Assembly (NCBI GenBank): GCA_040755315.1
Contig: JBFMBF010000020.1
Location: forward strand, 1 to 20,385
DNA: 20,385 nucleotides
Source: Candidatus Hadarchaeota archaeon
GTDB taxonomy: Archaea > Hadarchaeota > Hadarchaeia > Hadarchaeales > Hadarchaeaceae
Reading direction: 5' to 3'
Part shown: one piece after another, positions 6,122-15,591 of the stretch
Layout: the number at the start of each line of letters is the position of its first letter
Numbering within the stretch: the stretch's first letter is position 1
Translations under genes and position numbers: made by a program
Notes under the pieces: model-generated
Database searches by the model: none
Seen by the model: only the letters and a program-made list of their open reading frames with translations
Told to the model about the DNA's origin: nothing

Positions 6122-7426
6122 TTGGCCGACATAATCATCAAGGGGGGGCACATCCTGACAATGGACCCCCACAGGCGATTGATCAAGGGCGGCGCGGTTG
6201 TAATATCAGACGGCAAGATTTTGTCAGTTGGGGAAGAGACAAAAGAAAAGGCGGACACCGTGATTGATGCAAGTGGGAAAGTTGTGCTGCCCGGCCTGAT
6301 CAACTGCCACACGCACCTTGCTATGACGCTGCTCAGAGGGGTAGCCGATGACATGGAGTTGATGCCGTGGCTGAAGACAACAATCTGGCCACTTGAGAAA
6401 CACCTCACTGCTGAAAGGGTGTACGCGGGGGCGTTGCTCGGTTGCCTAGAAATGATAAAGTCCGGTACAACATGCTTTGCTGACAACTATTTCTTTATGG
6501 ACGAGACCGCGAACGCTGTTGAAAAATCCGGAATTAGGGGGGACCTTTCCCACGGCATAATAGAACACGGCGACCCAAAAAAGAGGGAATCTGAACTCAG
6601 GATTGGCGAGCAGCTTGTGAAAGACTGGCACGGCAAGGCAGGTGGCCGGCTAACAACCAGATTTGGCCCGCACGCACCCTACACATGTTCTCCTGAATGT
6701 TTGACCAAGGTGAAAGAGCTGGCGAAAAAACACAAGGTCGGGATTCACATCCATGTGGCGGAGAGCCAGGACGAGACAAAACAAATAACCGAGAAATACG
6801 GCAAGCGCCCGGTGGAACACTTGGACTCCATTGGATTCCTTGGCCCTGAGATTCTTGCAGCCCATTGTGTTTGGCTTAATGAAAAGGAAATCAAGGTTCT
6901 GCACGCCCGCGGGGTGAAGCCAGTCCACAACCCCGTAAGCAACATGAAGATCGGCTGCGGCGTTTCTCCTGTCCCAGAGATGCTGAAGGCTGGGATACCG
7001 GTTGCTTTGGGGACGGACGGGGCGGCCTCAAACAACTCGCTTGACATGATTAACGAGATGAAGTTCGCCGCGCTCCTGAACAAGGTGCACAAGCTGGATC
7101 CGACCGTGATGTCTGCCTACTCGGTGCTGGAGATGGCAACAATTAATGGAGCGAAGGCTTTGCGGCTGGAAAAGGAAATCGGTTCAATCGAGGTTGGGAA
7201 GAAGGCGGACATCATAATCGTGGATTTACACAAACCACACCTGACGCCGGCACATAATGTCGTCTCGCATCTGGTCTACTCCGCTGTTGGAGAAGATGTT
7301 GACACAACTATCGTCGACGGAAAAATACTCATGAAAGGCCGAAAAGTGCTGACGCTGGAAGAGGAAAACGTCATTGAAAAAGCTCAAGAAGCCTCGGACT
7401 CAATGGTAAAGGAGGCCGAAAAATGA
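6122..7426 (+). CDS. mtaD: MTA/SAH (5'-deoxyadenosine) deaminase, amidohydrolase family
   Basis: [28 protein letters not shown] and [10 protein letters not shown] motifs. TTG start after GGTGAT. Directly upstream of ahcY. Confidence 0.9.
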   Translation: MADIIIKGGHILTMDPHRRLIKGGAVVISDGKILSVGEETKEKADTVIDASGKVVLPGLINCHTHLAMTLLRGVADDMELMPWLKTTIWPLEKHLTAERVYAGALLGCLEMIKSGTTCFADNYFFMDETANAVEKSGIRGDLSHGIIEHGDPKKRESELRIGEQLVKDWHGKAGGRLTTRFGPHAPYTCSPECLTKVKELAKKHKVGIHIHVAESQDETKQITEKYGKRPVEHLDSIGFLGPEILAAHCVWLNEKEIKVLHARGVKPVHNPVSNMKIGCGVSPVPEMLKAGIPVALGTDGAASNNSLDMINEMKFAALLNKVHKLDPTVMSAYSVLEMATINGAKALRLEKEIGSIEVGKKADIIIVDLHKPHLTPAHNVVSHLVYSAVGEDVDTTIVDGKILMKGRKVLTLEEENVIEKAQEASDSMVKEAEK

Positions 7427-8682
7427 ATTTTAAGGTCAAAGACATCAGGCTGGCCCCAGGGGGCAAGCGAAGGATGGACTGGGTGCAGGAACACATGCCC
7501 GTCCTCGCGGAAATAAGGCGGGAGCTTTCGAAATCCAAGCCTCTGAAGGGGCTGACTGTCGGGGCCGCGCTTCACACGGAGGCCAAGACAGCGATTCTCG
7601 TCAGGACGCTTGTGGCGGCCGGGGCGAAGGTCGCAATAACAAGCTGCAACCCACTGTCAACAAAGGACGATATCGCGGCGGCACTGGCGAAGGAAGGAGT
7701 GAACGTCTACGCCTGGAGAGGGGAGACCACGAAGGAATACTACTCAAACTTGAACATGGTTCTTGACTACAAGCCCGAAATTTTGGTTGACGACGGGGCG
7801 GACCTGATCACACTGGTCCACACCAAGCGCACGGAGCTGCTGGGCAAGGTGATTGGCGGCTCCGAGGAAACGACCACCGGAGTCATCAGGCTGAGGGCAA
7901 TGGAGCGCGAGAGGAAGCTGAAGTTCCCGGTGGTGGCCGTGAATGACTCCCCATCAAAGCACTTTTTTGACAACCGCTTCGGGACGGCCGAGTCGACCCT
8001 GCAGGCGATAATGACTGCCACAAACACCCTGATAGCCGGAAAGAGGTTCGTAGTAGTCGGCTTCGGCTTTGTCGGCAAGGGCATAGCTTCAAGGGCTAGG
8101 GGGATGGGTGCGAAGGTGATTGTTGTGGAGACAGACCCGACCAAGGCTCTGGAGGCCACGATGGACGGCTTTGAGGTGATGCCGATGGACGATGCCGCGA
8201 GGAAAGGCGAGATATTTGTCACGACCACGGGCAACATCAGGGTCATCCGCGTCGAGCACATGAAGAAGATGAAGGACGGGACAATTCTCTGCAACTCGGG
8301 ACACTTCAATGTTGAAATAGACATCCCGGGGCTCGAGAAGGCTTCGGTCTCAAAGAGGGAAGTTCTGGAGGATGTGAAGGAGTACAAGCTGAAGGACGGG
8401 CGGAGGATTTACCTGCTGGCTGACGGACGTCTAGTGAACCTTGCTGGAGAGCGCTCGTTGGGCCACCCGATGGAAATCATGGACATGAGCTTCGCGCTGC
8501 AGGCGATGAGCGCCGTCTACCTGGCGGAGAACCGTGGGAAGCTCAAGCCGAAGGTCTATGAAGTTCCGGCAGAAGTTGACAGAAGGGTGGCGGAGCTGAA
8601 GCTGCAATCGATGGGGGTCAGGCTTGAAAAGCAGACGCCGGAACAGAAAAAGTATCTCGAGTCCTGGCTTGAAGGGACCTGA
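7423..8682 (+). CDS. ahcY: adenosylhomocysteinase (probably S-inosylhomocysteine-preferring)
   Basis: [34 protein letters not shown] and GHP motifs. ATGA overlap with mtaD. Confidence 0.97.
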   Translation: MNFKVKDIRLAPGGKRRMDWVQEHMPVLAEIRRELSKSKPLKGLTVGAALHTEAKTAILVRTLVAAGAKVAITSCNPLSTKDDIAAALAKEGVNVYAWRGETTKEYYSNLNMVLDYKPEILVDDGADLITLVHTKRTELLGKVIGGSEETTTGVIRLRAMERERKLKFPVVAVNDSPSKHFFDNRFGTAESTLQAIMTATNTLIAGKRFVVVGFGFVGKGIASRARGMGAKVIVVETDPTKALEATMDGFEVMPMDDAARKGEIFVTTTGNIRVIRVEHMKKMKDGTILCNSGHFNVEIDIPGLEKASVSKREVLEDVKEYKLKDGRRIYLLADGRLVNLAGERSLGHPMEIMDMSFALQAMSAVYLAENRGKLKPKVYEVPAEVDRRVAELKLQSMGVRLEKQTPEQKKYLESWLEGT

Positions 8683-8698
8683 TTTTAAAAATTTAAGA

Positions 8699-8804
8699 GC
8701 CGCGGCCACAATATGGATTTGGGAGGGTTAGTTTCAATCACAACCCTGGAGGGGTTCAGTTGTAGACCTTATCATCGTCCCCTCCCGCTTCTTTTCATCG
8801 CGGC
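8699..8804. ncRNA. candidate structured non-coding RNA
   Basis: Several 6-7 bp complementary segments in an intergenic region, plus C-box-like and D-box motifs on the minus strand. Strand and family unknown. Confidence 0.3.
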
Positions 8805-8833
8805 AGCGGCCCTTTGTAATTCAAATGTCCGGC

Positions 8834-9118
8834 TCACTGCTTCGGCTCGCCGATTCTCAGAGACGCGTAGAAGCCGTGGTCCTTGGACGCCCCGAAGTTC
8901 ACCCACAGGCTCCTGTTCTCGTCGATTTTCACGCGGATGGAGTTGGGGTAGGGCTTCCCTTCAGGCCAGTCGACGTACCCGTTCGGGAGGACAAGCGAGA
9001 ATGTGCCTTCCTTCACGGGGATGCTGACGGTGTATGGGTCCTTCTCTGCTCTCTTTGAGACGACCCTCAGCCTTGATGTGCTGCGAGTTTCTATTGGCTT
9101 CTCCAAACTTTCAACCAT
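8834..9118 (-). CDS. hypothetical protein (94 aa)
   Basis: Perfect SD GGAGGTGA 5 nt before ATG 9118 and a TATA box upstream. Family not recognised. Confidence 0.8.
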   Translation of the reverse strand: MVESLEKPIETRSTSRLRVVSKRAEKDPYTVSIPVKEGTFSLVLPNGYVDWPEGKPYPNSIRVKIDENRSLWVNFGASKDHGFYASLRIGEPKQ

Positions 9119-9177
9119 TTTCTTCACCTCCTTTTTGTTTCTTCACAGTTCTCCCGCCGAGCTTTTGGGTGAACCGG

Positions 9178-9187
9178 CTTTATAAAG
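9178..9187 (-). promoter_or_regulatory. TATA box of the 94-aa gene
   Basis: Palindromic CTTTATAAAG about 60 nt upstream of the start. Confidence 0.6.
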
Positions 9188-9261
9188 GAGAAAACAACGC
9201 GTATTCGCCACGCTCCAGCGGGGAACCCAAAATTTTTTAAATTGCTTAAATTCCAACCGAG

Positions 9262-10518
9262 CTAAGAACCAGCCCTGAACCTCAGAATCGCGGCGACCCC
9301 GCTGAACGCTAGTTGGAGTTGCTTCCCCTCGTCAGTCTCGGTCGATATGAACTCCGCTCGCGTGTTGAACTTCTCGGCAAGGTCAAGCAACTCTCTCACA
9401 ACATCTTTGCTCTCGACAACGCTTAGCCTGGCCTCCCCGCAGCTCGGGCACTTCTGCTCGGACAGCACCCTTTCATGCTGCGCGACATCGGCGACAATCT
9501 CTTGGAACTCGTGGCCGCACGACTGGCATCTCGTCCTCACGATGCTCCGCCTGACGCTCTCGGAAATCAGCAGGATGTCCACCGCCCCAAGCTCCAGCGC
9601 GCGCTTTACATTTTCCTCCCCGTAAACTGCGAGGCCCCTCCCCGCGACAAGCTCCTCGAGGAACTTCTGCATGATGGTTTTCTCTTTGAGTATGCCTAGG
9701 TCCTTTATCACCTCCCCGGACTTGTTGACCAGCTCCTTGATACCCTGCTCGTCCGTGTAGCCCGTGTCGAAAACCCCCGCCACCTTCTTCGCGATGTCGT
9801 CCCTCAGATAACCCTCCTTCAGGAAATCCTCCTTCATCGGCCCCGGCCCGCCAACCAAAATCACCTTCAGGTCCGGAATCTGCGAGAATACATTGTTCGC
9901 GGCCTCTCCCACCCGCGTCTTGTATTCATCGACAGCTATCTCATGGAGGCGCTCAAAACGCCTCGCCGACTGCCCCCCCTTGCTGTGTTTGCCGGGTGCC
10001 CCCGAGGTGATCTTCCTCACTACCTCCGCGTGCTTCCCCCTCAGGGTGCCGATAGTCGCCTCCTTCCCGTCTATCAAGAGAAGTCCAATCGTCTCCTTTA
10101 TCTCAAGCATCTCCTCCAATGGTTTAAGCACAAACTCCTGGTCGCAGCGGTACATCCGCGTGGTTATCGGTTCCGGTGGCTCCACCCAGTAGAGCTGGAT
10201 GTCGGTGTAATCGTCTCTGCCCGCCACGTTGCCAGCGAATATCGCCATCCCGTGCGGCGGCGGCTTCCTGTTGGTTTCCGTGTAGTTGCGAAGGAACTGG
10301 ATGACCCTCTCCAAAGCGCCGAGGACGTTTTTCCTCGTGTTCTTGGACTTTATGTTAGAGGCCGTCCCTTGCTCGTCCCTCAACTGCTGCATGACCTTCG
10401 CCATGTCAAAGTCGGGCGGGATGTAGACTGTGATGAGTTCCGTCCCTCGCCCCCGAAAGTCCTTGAGGCTCTCGAGCAGCCTCTTGAACTGGTAGACCGA
10501 TTTAACATCTGTCGACAT
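9262..10518 (-). CDS. prf1: archaeal peptide chain release factor aRF1
   Basis: GTELIT, NIKS, YRCD and GGQS motifs, plus a C-terminal Zn ribbon. Start reset to ATG 10518. Confidence 0.97.
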   Translation of the reverse strand: MSTDVKSVYQFKRLLESLKDFRGRGTELITVYIPPDFDMAKVMQQLRDEQGTASNIKSKNTRKNVLGALERVIQFLRNYTETNRKPPPHGMAIFAGNVAGRDDYTDIQLYWVEPPEPITTRMYRCDQEFVLKPLEEMLEIKETIGLLLIDGKEATIGTLRGKHAEVVRKITSGAPGKHSKGGQSARRFERLHEIAVDEYKTRVGEAANNVFSQIPDLKVILVGGPGPMKEDFLKEGYLRDDIAKKVAGVFDTGYTDEQGIKELVNKSGEVIKDLGILKEKTIMQKFLEELVAGRGLAVYGEENVKRALELGAVDILLISESVRRSIVRTRCQSCGHEFQEIVADVAQHERVLSEQKCPSCGEARLSVVESKDVVRELLDLAEKFNTRAEFISTETDEGKQLQLAFSGVAAILRFRAGS

Positions 10519-10545
10519 TTTACCAAAGTCTAGTCCACCGACGCG

Positions 10546-10554
10546 GTTAATAAC
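10546..10554. promoter_or_regulatory. possible bidirectional TATA element (prf1/pyrH)
   Basis: GTTAATAAC pseudo-palindrome in a 58-nt divergent gap. Confidence 0.5.
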
Positions 10555-10576
10555 ATGACTGCAAAGAGTTCTGGGG

Positions 10577-11266
10577 ATGAACTTGAGAGTCACGATAAAT
10601 CTTGGAGGCTCGGTGTTCGCACCTGAAAAGCCTAAAGCTGAGGTCATCCAGAAGATGGCCAACGCCGTCCGTGAACTCAGGTCGCAGAAACACGAGGTGC
10701 TGATGGTCGTTGGGGGAGGCGGGCCCGCACGCGAGTACATAAAGGAGGCGAAGAAGATGAAGGTCTCCAGAACGGAACTGGACAAGATCGGCATTGACGT
10801 CACTAGGCTGCACGCCCGCATGTTAATCACCGCTTTGGGAACAATGGCCGAGCCGGAGCCGCCAACCACTGTAGAGGCTGCAGCTAGGGCGGCCATGACA
10901 AACAAGGTGCCGGTGATGGGGGGAACCACCCCCGGCCAGACAACCGATGCGGTAGCCGCTGCGCTATCGAAGGTCAGCGGCTCGGACTTTCTTGTCATCT
11001 TCTCAGATGTTGGTGCCGTTTTCAACAGGGACCCGAAGCTTGACCCAAAAGCAAAAAAAATAGAAAGGATGACTTCAAAGATGCTCGTTGACATGGTCGG
11101 GACAGAAAAGCTGGAACCAGGAATGCAGACAATCATCGACCCCGTGGCCGCCAGAGTCATAGAGCGCTACAAGATAAAGACAATCGTGCTCGGAGAGTCT
11201 GAGATAAATAGGCTGCCGCTAATACTGAGTGGTGCCGAACACAGCGGGACCACGATAGAAGGATGA
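10577..11266 (+). CDS. pyrH: uridylate kinase, archaeal type
   Basis: LGGSV, VVGGGGPAREYI, DKIGIDVTRL, PGQTTDAVAA and DPK motifs. Confidence 0.95.
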   Translation: MNLRVTINLGGSVFAPEKPKAEVIQKMANAVRELRSQKHEVLMVVGGGGPAREYIKEAKKMKVSRTELDKIGIDVTRLHARMLITALGTMAEPEPPTTVEAAARAAMTNKVPVMGGTTPGQTTDAVAAALSKVSGSDFLVIFSDVGAVFNRDPKLDPKAKKIERMTSKMLVDMVGTEKLEPGMQTIIDPVAARVIERYKIKTIVLGESEINRLPLILSGAEHSGTTIEG

Positions 11267-11270
11267 GAAA

Positions 11271-11465
11271 ATGGTCGAAGAACACAAGCACTGTATAGTC
11301 TGCGGCAAGGCGACCGCGCCTGACAAGCTGATATGCTCGCCTTCGTGCGATCATCTACTTAAGGAACAACAGAAGCGCATGAAAAAATCTAGGACAATAA
11401 TGCTGGTGCTTTTCATCGTGATGTTCATGGTGATAATGCTCTCTTCGATGCTCAGGGCACCTTAG
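11271..11465 (+). CDS. DUF2116-family Zn-ribbon membrane protein
   Basis: HKHCIVCGK...CSPSC, a basic linker and a C-terminal hydrophobic helix. Follows pyrH. Confidence 0.85.
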   Translation: MVEEHKHCIVCGKATAPDKLICSPSCDHLLKEQQKRMKKSRTIMLVLFIVMFMVIMLSSMLRAP

Positions 11466-14125
11466 CTTGAAATCAGGAGGGTGACCGGCGGGTTCTGAAG
11501 GGAAACTACCTCAACCTTGCGCCCCGCCACCTTCGTTTCCCTGACCAGCTCAACGTCTTCTGGAAGCAGCTTGATGGTTTTTTCGCCAATTTTCAACGTT
11601 GCTTCACCAGTCGCAAGCTGCCTGGAAATCTCTTCAAAATCCGCCTTACCTAGGGCCTCTCCCACAAGCCTCGCTTGGTCTTTGAGCCTCGGGCCGAGCT
11701 TTGAGAGGTTTGGAAAGATGGACACCACCCGCTCGGAAAGCTCGGGTGCCTTTGTGACCACGCGGAAATTTCCAATCTTCATTGTCTTGGCCACGTCCTC
11801 CGAGATTTCACGCAGCTTCTCCGCAAGCTTTTTGTCCCGGGTGTGGGCCTCGACCACTGGCAGCGCTTGGCTCAAAGCCATCTTACGGCTGGATTTGAAC
11901 TGCCTGATTTCACTCACGAGGATGTTAATCATTGTGCCCAGCAACTCCGCTTTTTCATCTATGAACTCCTCCTCAGCCTCTGGCCAAGCTGACACATGAA
12001 TGCTCTTTTGCTCAAGCTCTCCTGCAAAGTAGGCCTGGTACACCTCTTCCGCAAAGTGTGGGACGAAGGGGGCCAGAAGCTTAACTGATGTCAGTATCAC
12101 CTTGCGCAGGACAAACCTCGCGGCGTCCGCGCTGGGGTCGTTCCCGTACAGCCGATGCTTGACCTCCTCAATGTACATGTCGCAGAACTCGTGCCATATG
12201 AAGTCCTGTGTTTCGCCTAGGGCCCGGTTGAATTGGAAGTTTTCTAGCCAAGCCGTGACATCTTTGACCAGCCTGCTCAGACGGCTGAGTATCCAAAGGT
12301 CTGCCGGCCTGAACTTCTTCTTGGGCTCGAGCTCTCCTGCCCCGGAGATGTGCTGCGCGGCGAAGCGGGTAGCATTCCAGAACTTTCTCATGAACCTGTG
12401 CCCGAACTCCACGTCCTTCCAGCTGAACGGGACATCCGCCCCGGTTGACGCCCCAATTGCTGCCCACTGGCGGAGGGCGTCTGCGCCGTACTTCTCTCGC
12501 GCCTTGGTGCTGTCGACATAATTTCCAAGCGATTTGTGCATCGCTCGCCCATCCGTCCCAAGAACCATCCCGTTTACGAGCACCGTCCTGTATGGCGTCT
12601 CGCCAAGCAGCGCCAGGTGGCGGACCATCAGGTAATAGTCCCAGGTTCTTATGATGTCCGTCCCGTTTGGCTGCAGGTCTGCCGGGAACAGGCGACGGTC
12701 CAGCTCTGGCCATCCGGCGTGGGCCGCTATGGTTATCGAGCTGTCCATCCAGGTGTCGAGCACGTCATGCTCTGGCTCGAAGTCTTGGCCTCCGCACTTG
12801 GGGCACTTCTCGCTCATTGGCCTGTCTTTCACTGGGATTACCGGCAGCTGTTTTTCATCCGCGACTATCGGCTCCTTGCAGCTAGAGCAGTACCATGCGG
12901 GAATAGGAGTGGCAAATATTCTCTGTCTTGAAATGACCCAGTCCCAATCCATCGACTTGACCCAGTCCGTGAAGCGCGTCAGCATGTGCTCCGGAGCCCA
13001 CTTCACCTTCTTGGCCTCCTCCAGCACCCGGTTGTTCATTTCAATCACTCGCATGAACCACTGTGGCCTTGATAGAATCTCTACCGGGGTTTTGCACCTC
13101 CAGCAAACTCCCACGCTTTGCGCCAGCTTCTCCTGGCTTTCGACAAGGCCGGCCTTCTCCAGGTCTTCCAGGACAGCCTTTTTGCTTTCTTCGACCGTCA
13201 TCCCTGCGTACTGCCTGGCGGCTTGAGTCATGCGCCCCCTCTCGTCCAGAAGTCTAACGACTGGCAGCTTGTGCCGCTTCACCCACCTGACGTCCGTCTT
13301 GTCACCGAAAGTGCAGACCATCACAACCCCCGTCCCGAACTCCGGGTCGACCTCTGGGTCCTCTATCACTTCGACAACCTGGCCGAAAGGCGGAACCTCA
13401 ACTTTCTTTCCCAGAAGCGCCCTTTGCCTTTCATCCTTCGGGTTTACTGCGACAACAACGCACGCTGGGAGGAACTCCGGCCTTGTGGTAGCTATTTTTA
13501 CAAAATCGCCGCCTACCAGCTTGAACTTTATGTAGCTGAGGACAGTTTCCCTGTCGCCGTACTCCACTTCAGCATCGGCGATGGCGGTCTCGCACCTCGG
13601 GCACCAGTTGACCGGGTGCTCACCGCGGTAAATCAGCCCTTTTTTGTAGAGCTGTACGAAAGAAAGCTGAGTCTTCCCGTAGTAGCTCGGATCCATCGTG
13701 CGATACTCGGTTGACCAGTCTATCGAGAATGCTAGGCTGTTCATCTCCTCCCGCATGTGGGCGATGTTCTCCTCGGTCAGCTTGACGCAGAGCTCCCTGA
13801 ACTTCTCGGCTGGGACATCCCCCTTCCTGATGCCGTAGCGCTTCTCGACCTGGACCTCGGTGGGAAGGCCGTGACAGTCCCAGCCCTGCGGGAAGAGGAC
13901 ATTGTACCCGCTCATTCTCTTGTAGCGCGCGACGATGTCAAAGTAGGTCCAGTTGAGGGCGGTGCCCATATGGAACTCCCCGCTCGGGTAGGGGGGAGGG
14001 GTGTCAATCACATAAGTCTGGCGGCCTTTGTCGTCCCTGTCAAATTTGTGGACTTCCCACTCACCCCACTTTTTCTGCCACTTCGGCTCGACTTTCAATG
14101 GCTCGTAATCCTTCGCAACCTCCAT
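11462..14125 (-). CDS. valS: valine--tRNA ligase, archaeal type
   Basis: IDTPPPYPSG, GWDCHGLPTE, WCPRCETAIA, ATTRPE, GTGVVMVCTFGD, WDWVISRQR and DVLDTWMDSS motifs. Confidence 0.97.
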   Translation of the reverse strand: MEVAKDYEPLKVEPKWQKKWGEWEVHKFDRDDKGRQTYVIDTPPPYPSGEFHMGTALNWTYFDIVARYKRMSGYNVLFPQGWDCHGLPTEVQVEKRYGIRKGDVPAEKFRELCVKLTEENIAHMREEMNSLAFSIDWSTEYRTMDPSYYGKTQLSFVQLYKKGLIYRGEHPVNWCPRCETAIADAEVEYGDRETVLSYIKFKLVGGDFVKIATTRPEFLPACVVVAVNPKDERQRALLGKKVEVPPFGQVVEVIEDPEVDPEFGTGVVMVCTFGDKTDVRWVKRHKLPVVRLLDERGRMTQAARQYAGMTVEESKKAVLEDLEKAGLVESQEKLAQSVGVCWRCKTPVEILSRPQWFMRVIEMNNRVLEEAKKVKWAPEHMLTRFTDWVKSMDWDWVISRQRIFATPIPAWYCSSCKEPIVADEKQLPVIPVKDRPMSEKCPKCGGQDFEPEHDVLDTWMDSSITIAAHAGWPELDRRLFPADLQPNGTDIIRTWDYYLMVRHLALLGETPYRTVLVNGMVLGTDGRAMHKSLGNYVDSTKAREKYGADALRQWAAIGASTGADVPFSWKDVEFGHRFMRKFWNATRFAAQHISGAGELEPKKKFRPADLWILSRLSRLVKDVTAWLENFQFNRALGETQDFIWHEFCDMYIEEVKHRLYGNDPSADAARFVLRKVILTSVKLLAPFVPHFAEEVYQAYFAGELEQKSIHVSAWPEAEEEFIDEKAELLGTMINILVSEIRQFKSSRKMALSQALPVVEAHTRDKKLAEKLREISEDVAKTMKIGNFRVVTKAPELSERVVSIFPNLSKLGPRLKDQARLVGEALGKADFEEISRQLATGEATLKIGEKTIKLLPEDVELVRETKVAGRKVEVVSLQNPPVTLLISS

Positions 14126-14181
14126 CTTAATCCCTCAGGAAAATGTGGGTGAGACTTTAAATTGTTAGCCGTTGCTGGCCC

Positions 14182-15150
14182 TCAACGTCTTTTGTACTGC
14201 GGGGCAGGGAGGGGCGCGTCTATTTTCCTCAGCATCCCCTTCGCACCTACGTTCATGCTCTTCAGGACCTCCCTTGCCTTACTTTCTTTTGTGATCCTGA
14301 TGTGCTCAGTGGAAAACTTTAGCACGTCGGACAGGTGGCGCTCAGGCTTGAAGTTTCTGTCCCCCCAGTCAAAAATGGCACATATTTTTCCCGGCAGATA
14401 TCCTAGCTCATAGTCTCCATACGCCCTCGTGACTCTGAGCTTGCTTTCATCCGGCAAAATCGCCTCATTTTTCTTTCTGAACAGAAGATCGGTCCCGTTT
14501 CCAGCGAGGCCGAAAAGGCCCTCCGCGGCGAACAGGTGGATGCGGAAGCTCGGCCACCACTCCCTAAACCTCTCTTCCCAATCCAATAGTTTTGAACAGC
14601 CCTTCAAGGCGCCGGCAATCGTGAAAACAAACATGCCCTTCACGTCATAGTCCCTTTCTCTCAGCTCGCTTCGAGCCATGGCCATCGTTTGTCCAAGCGA
14701 AACCCCCGTGGCGATTGTGTCCCCCATGAACAGGAACCCGTTGTCGGGCAGGGCATCAAAGTTAGTGTAAAAGACATCCGCGCCGAACTCTCCTCCCGAA
14801 GTCCTGCGCCTTCTGACACCGACAAAACAGCGCGGAAGGTACCTGCCAAAAATTTGCTCAAAAGCTGCATCGAACTGGTAGCCAAGGCTCCCCCTCAAAA
14901 CAACTATTTCCCCGATTTGACTGGTCTTGATTTTATTCAATTGCGGGAGCAGGGCCCAAGCTGTGCGCAGGAACTCCTTGCTGCACTCAAGCGATAAATT
15001 TCTAAGAGGCATGCCGCAGACGAGCGGGTTGTACAGAATGCGGTGGGCAGAGGGCATGCAAAGAATATGGGTTGCCTTTGGAAGGGATTCATGCTTGACT
15101 CGGTACAGGCCAAAATCTCCGGCCCACTTCACCTTTTCAAGCTGTCTCAA
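14182..15150 (-). CDS. divergent type I phosphoribosyltransferase (UPRTase-like)
   Basis: IVVLRGSLG resembles UPRTase VPILRAGLG. LFMGDTIATGVSL resembles a PRPP-binding loop. Confidence 0.65.
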   Translation of the reverse strand: MRQLEKVKWAGDFGLYRVKHESLPKATHILCMPSAHRILYNPLVCGMPLRNLSLECSKEFLRTAWALLPQLNKIKTSQIGEIVVLRGSLGYQFDAAFEQIFGRYLPRCFVGVRRRRTSGGEFGADVFYTNFDALPDNGFLFMGDTIATGVSLGQTMAMARSELRERDYDVKGMFVFTIAGALKGCSKLLDWEERFREWWPSFRIHLFAAEGLFGLAGNGTDLLFRKKNEAILPDESKLRVTRAYGDYELGYLPGKICAIFDWGDRNFKPERHLSDVLKFSTEHIRITKESKAREVLKSMNVGAKGMLRKIDAPLPAPQYKRR

Positions 15151-15231
15151 TTAATCCCTGACTGACTTATTAATCTCAGGCTTTAAAACCCTCTTGGCCC
15201 ATGCTTTATTTTCCCGCAGTTCCCGAGCATT

Positions 15232-15462
15232 TCACATTGAGACAATCATGGAAGTTTCTGTGTACTTTATTCCACCCACGGCCTGTATCTTGCTGACCAC
15301 GACCTTGCCGATAGCCTCCAAGTTTTCTGCCTCTATCCTAGCCACGATGTCGAACCTTCCCGTAGTCGCAGCGGCGAACTTGACTCCGGGGAGTTTCTTT
15401 ATCTTCTCCAAAAGGTCTAGGGCTTTGCCGGGATCGGTGCGGATGTAAACTATCGCCTGCAT
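15232..15462 (-). CDS. stand-alone Lrp/AsnC ligand-binding (RAM) domain
   Basis: AIVYI...LPGVKFA...TGRFDIVARIE...IQAVGGIKYTETS. SD GGAGGTGG. No HTH. Confidence 0.9.
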   Translation of the reverse strand: MQAIVYIRTDPGKALDLLEKIKKLPGVKFAAATTGRFDIVARIEAENLEAIGKVVVSKIQAVGGIKYTETSMIVSM

Positions 15463-15591
15463 AAATCCACCTCCAACCCTACTTTTAGCTCATCGCTTAA
15501 AAATGTGGATAAATGAACAAAAATGTAATACTAAGCGGTGAAAAAAAGTTTGCCGAAAGGGTTAAAGGCGCAAAATGATACTTACAATAGT

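Noticed and set aside
8713..9027. 104-aa plus-strand ORF
   Set aside because: Largely antisense to the 94-aa gene that has the strong SD, and its composition is not protein-like.
10519..11160. 214-aa N-terminal extension of aRF1 (632-aa ORF)
   Set aside because: It is the open antisense frame of pyrH. aRF1 homology starts at ATG 10518.
11462..11465. Overlapping stop codons of DUF2116 and valS
   Set aside because: Ordinary compaction of convergent genes.
11517..14152. Many plus-strand ORFs within valS (likewise within metG, ahcY and prf1)
   Set aside because: Antisense shadows expected in GC-rich coding DNA.
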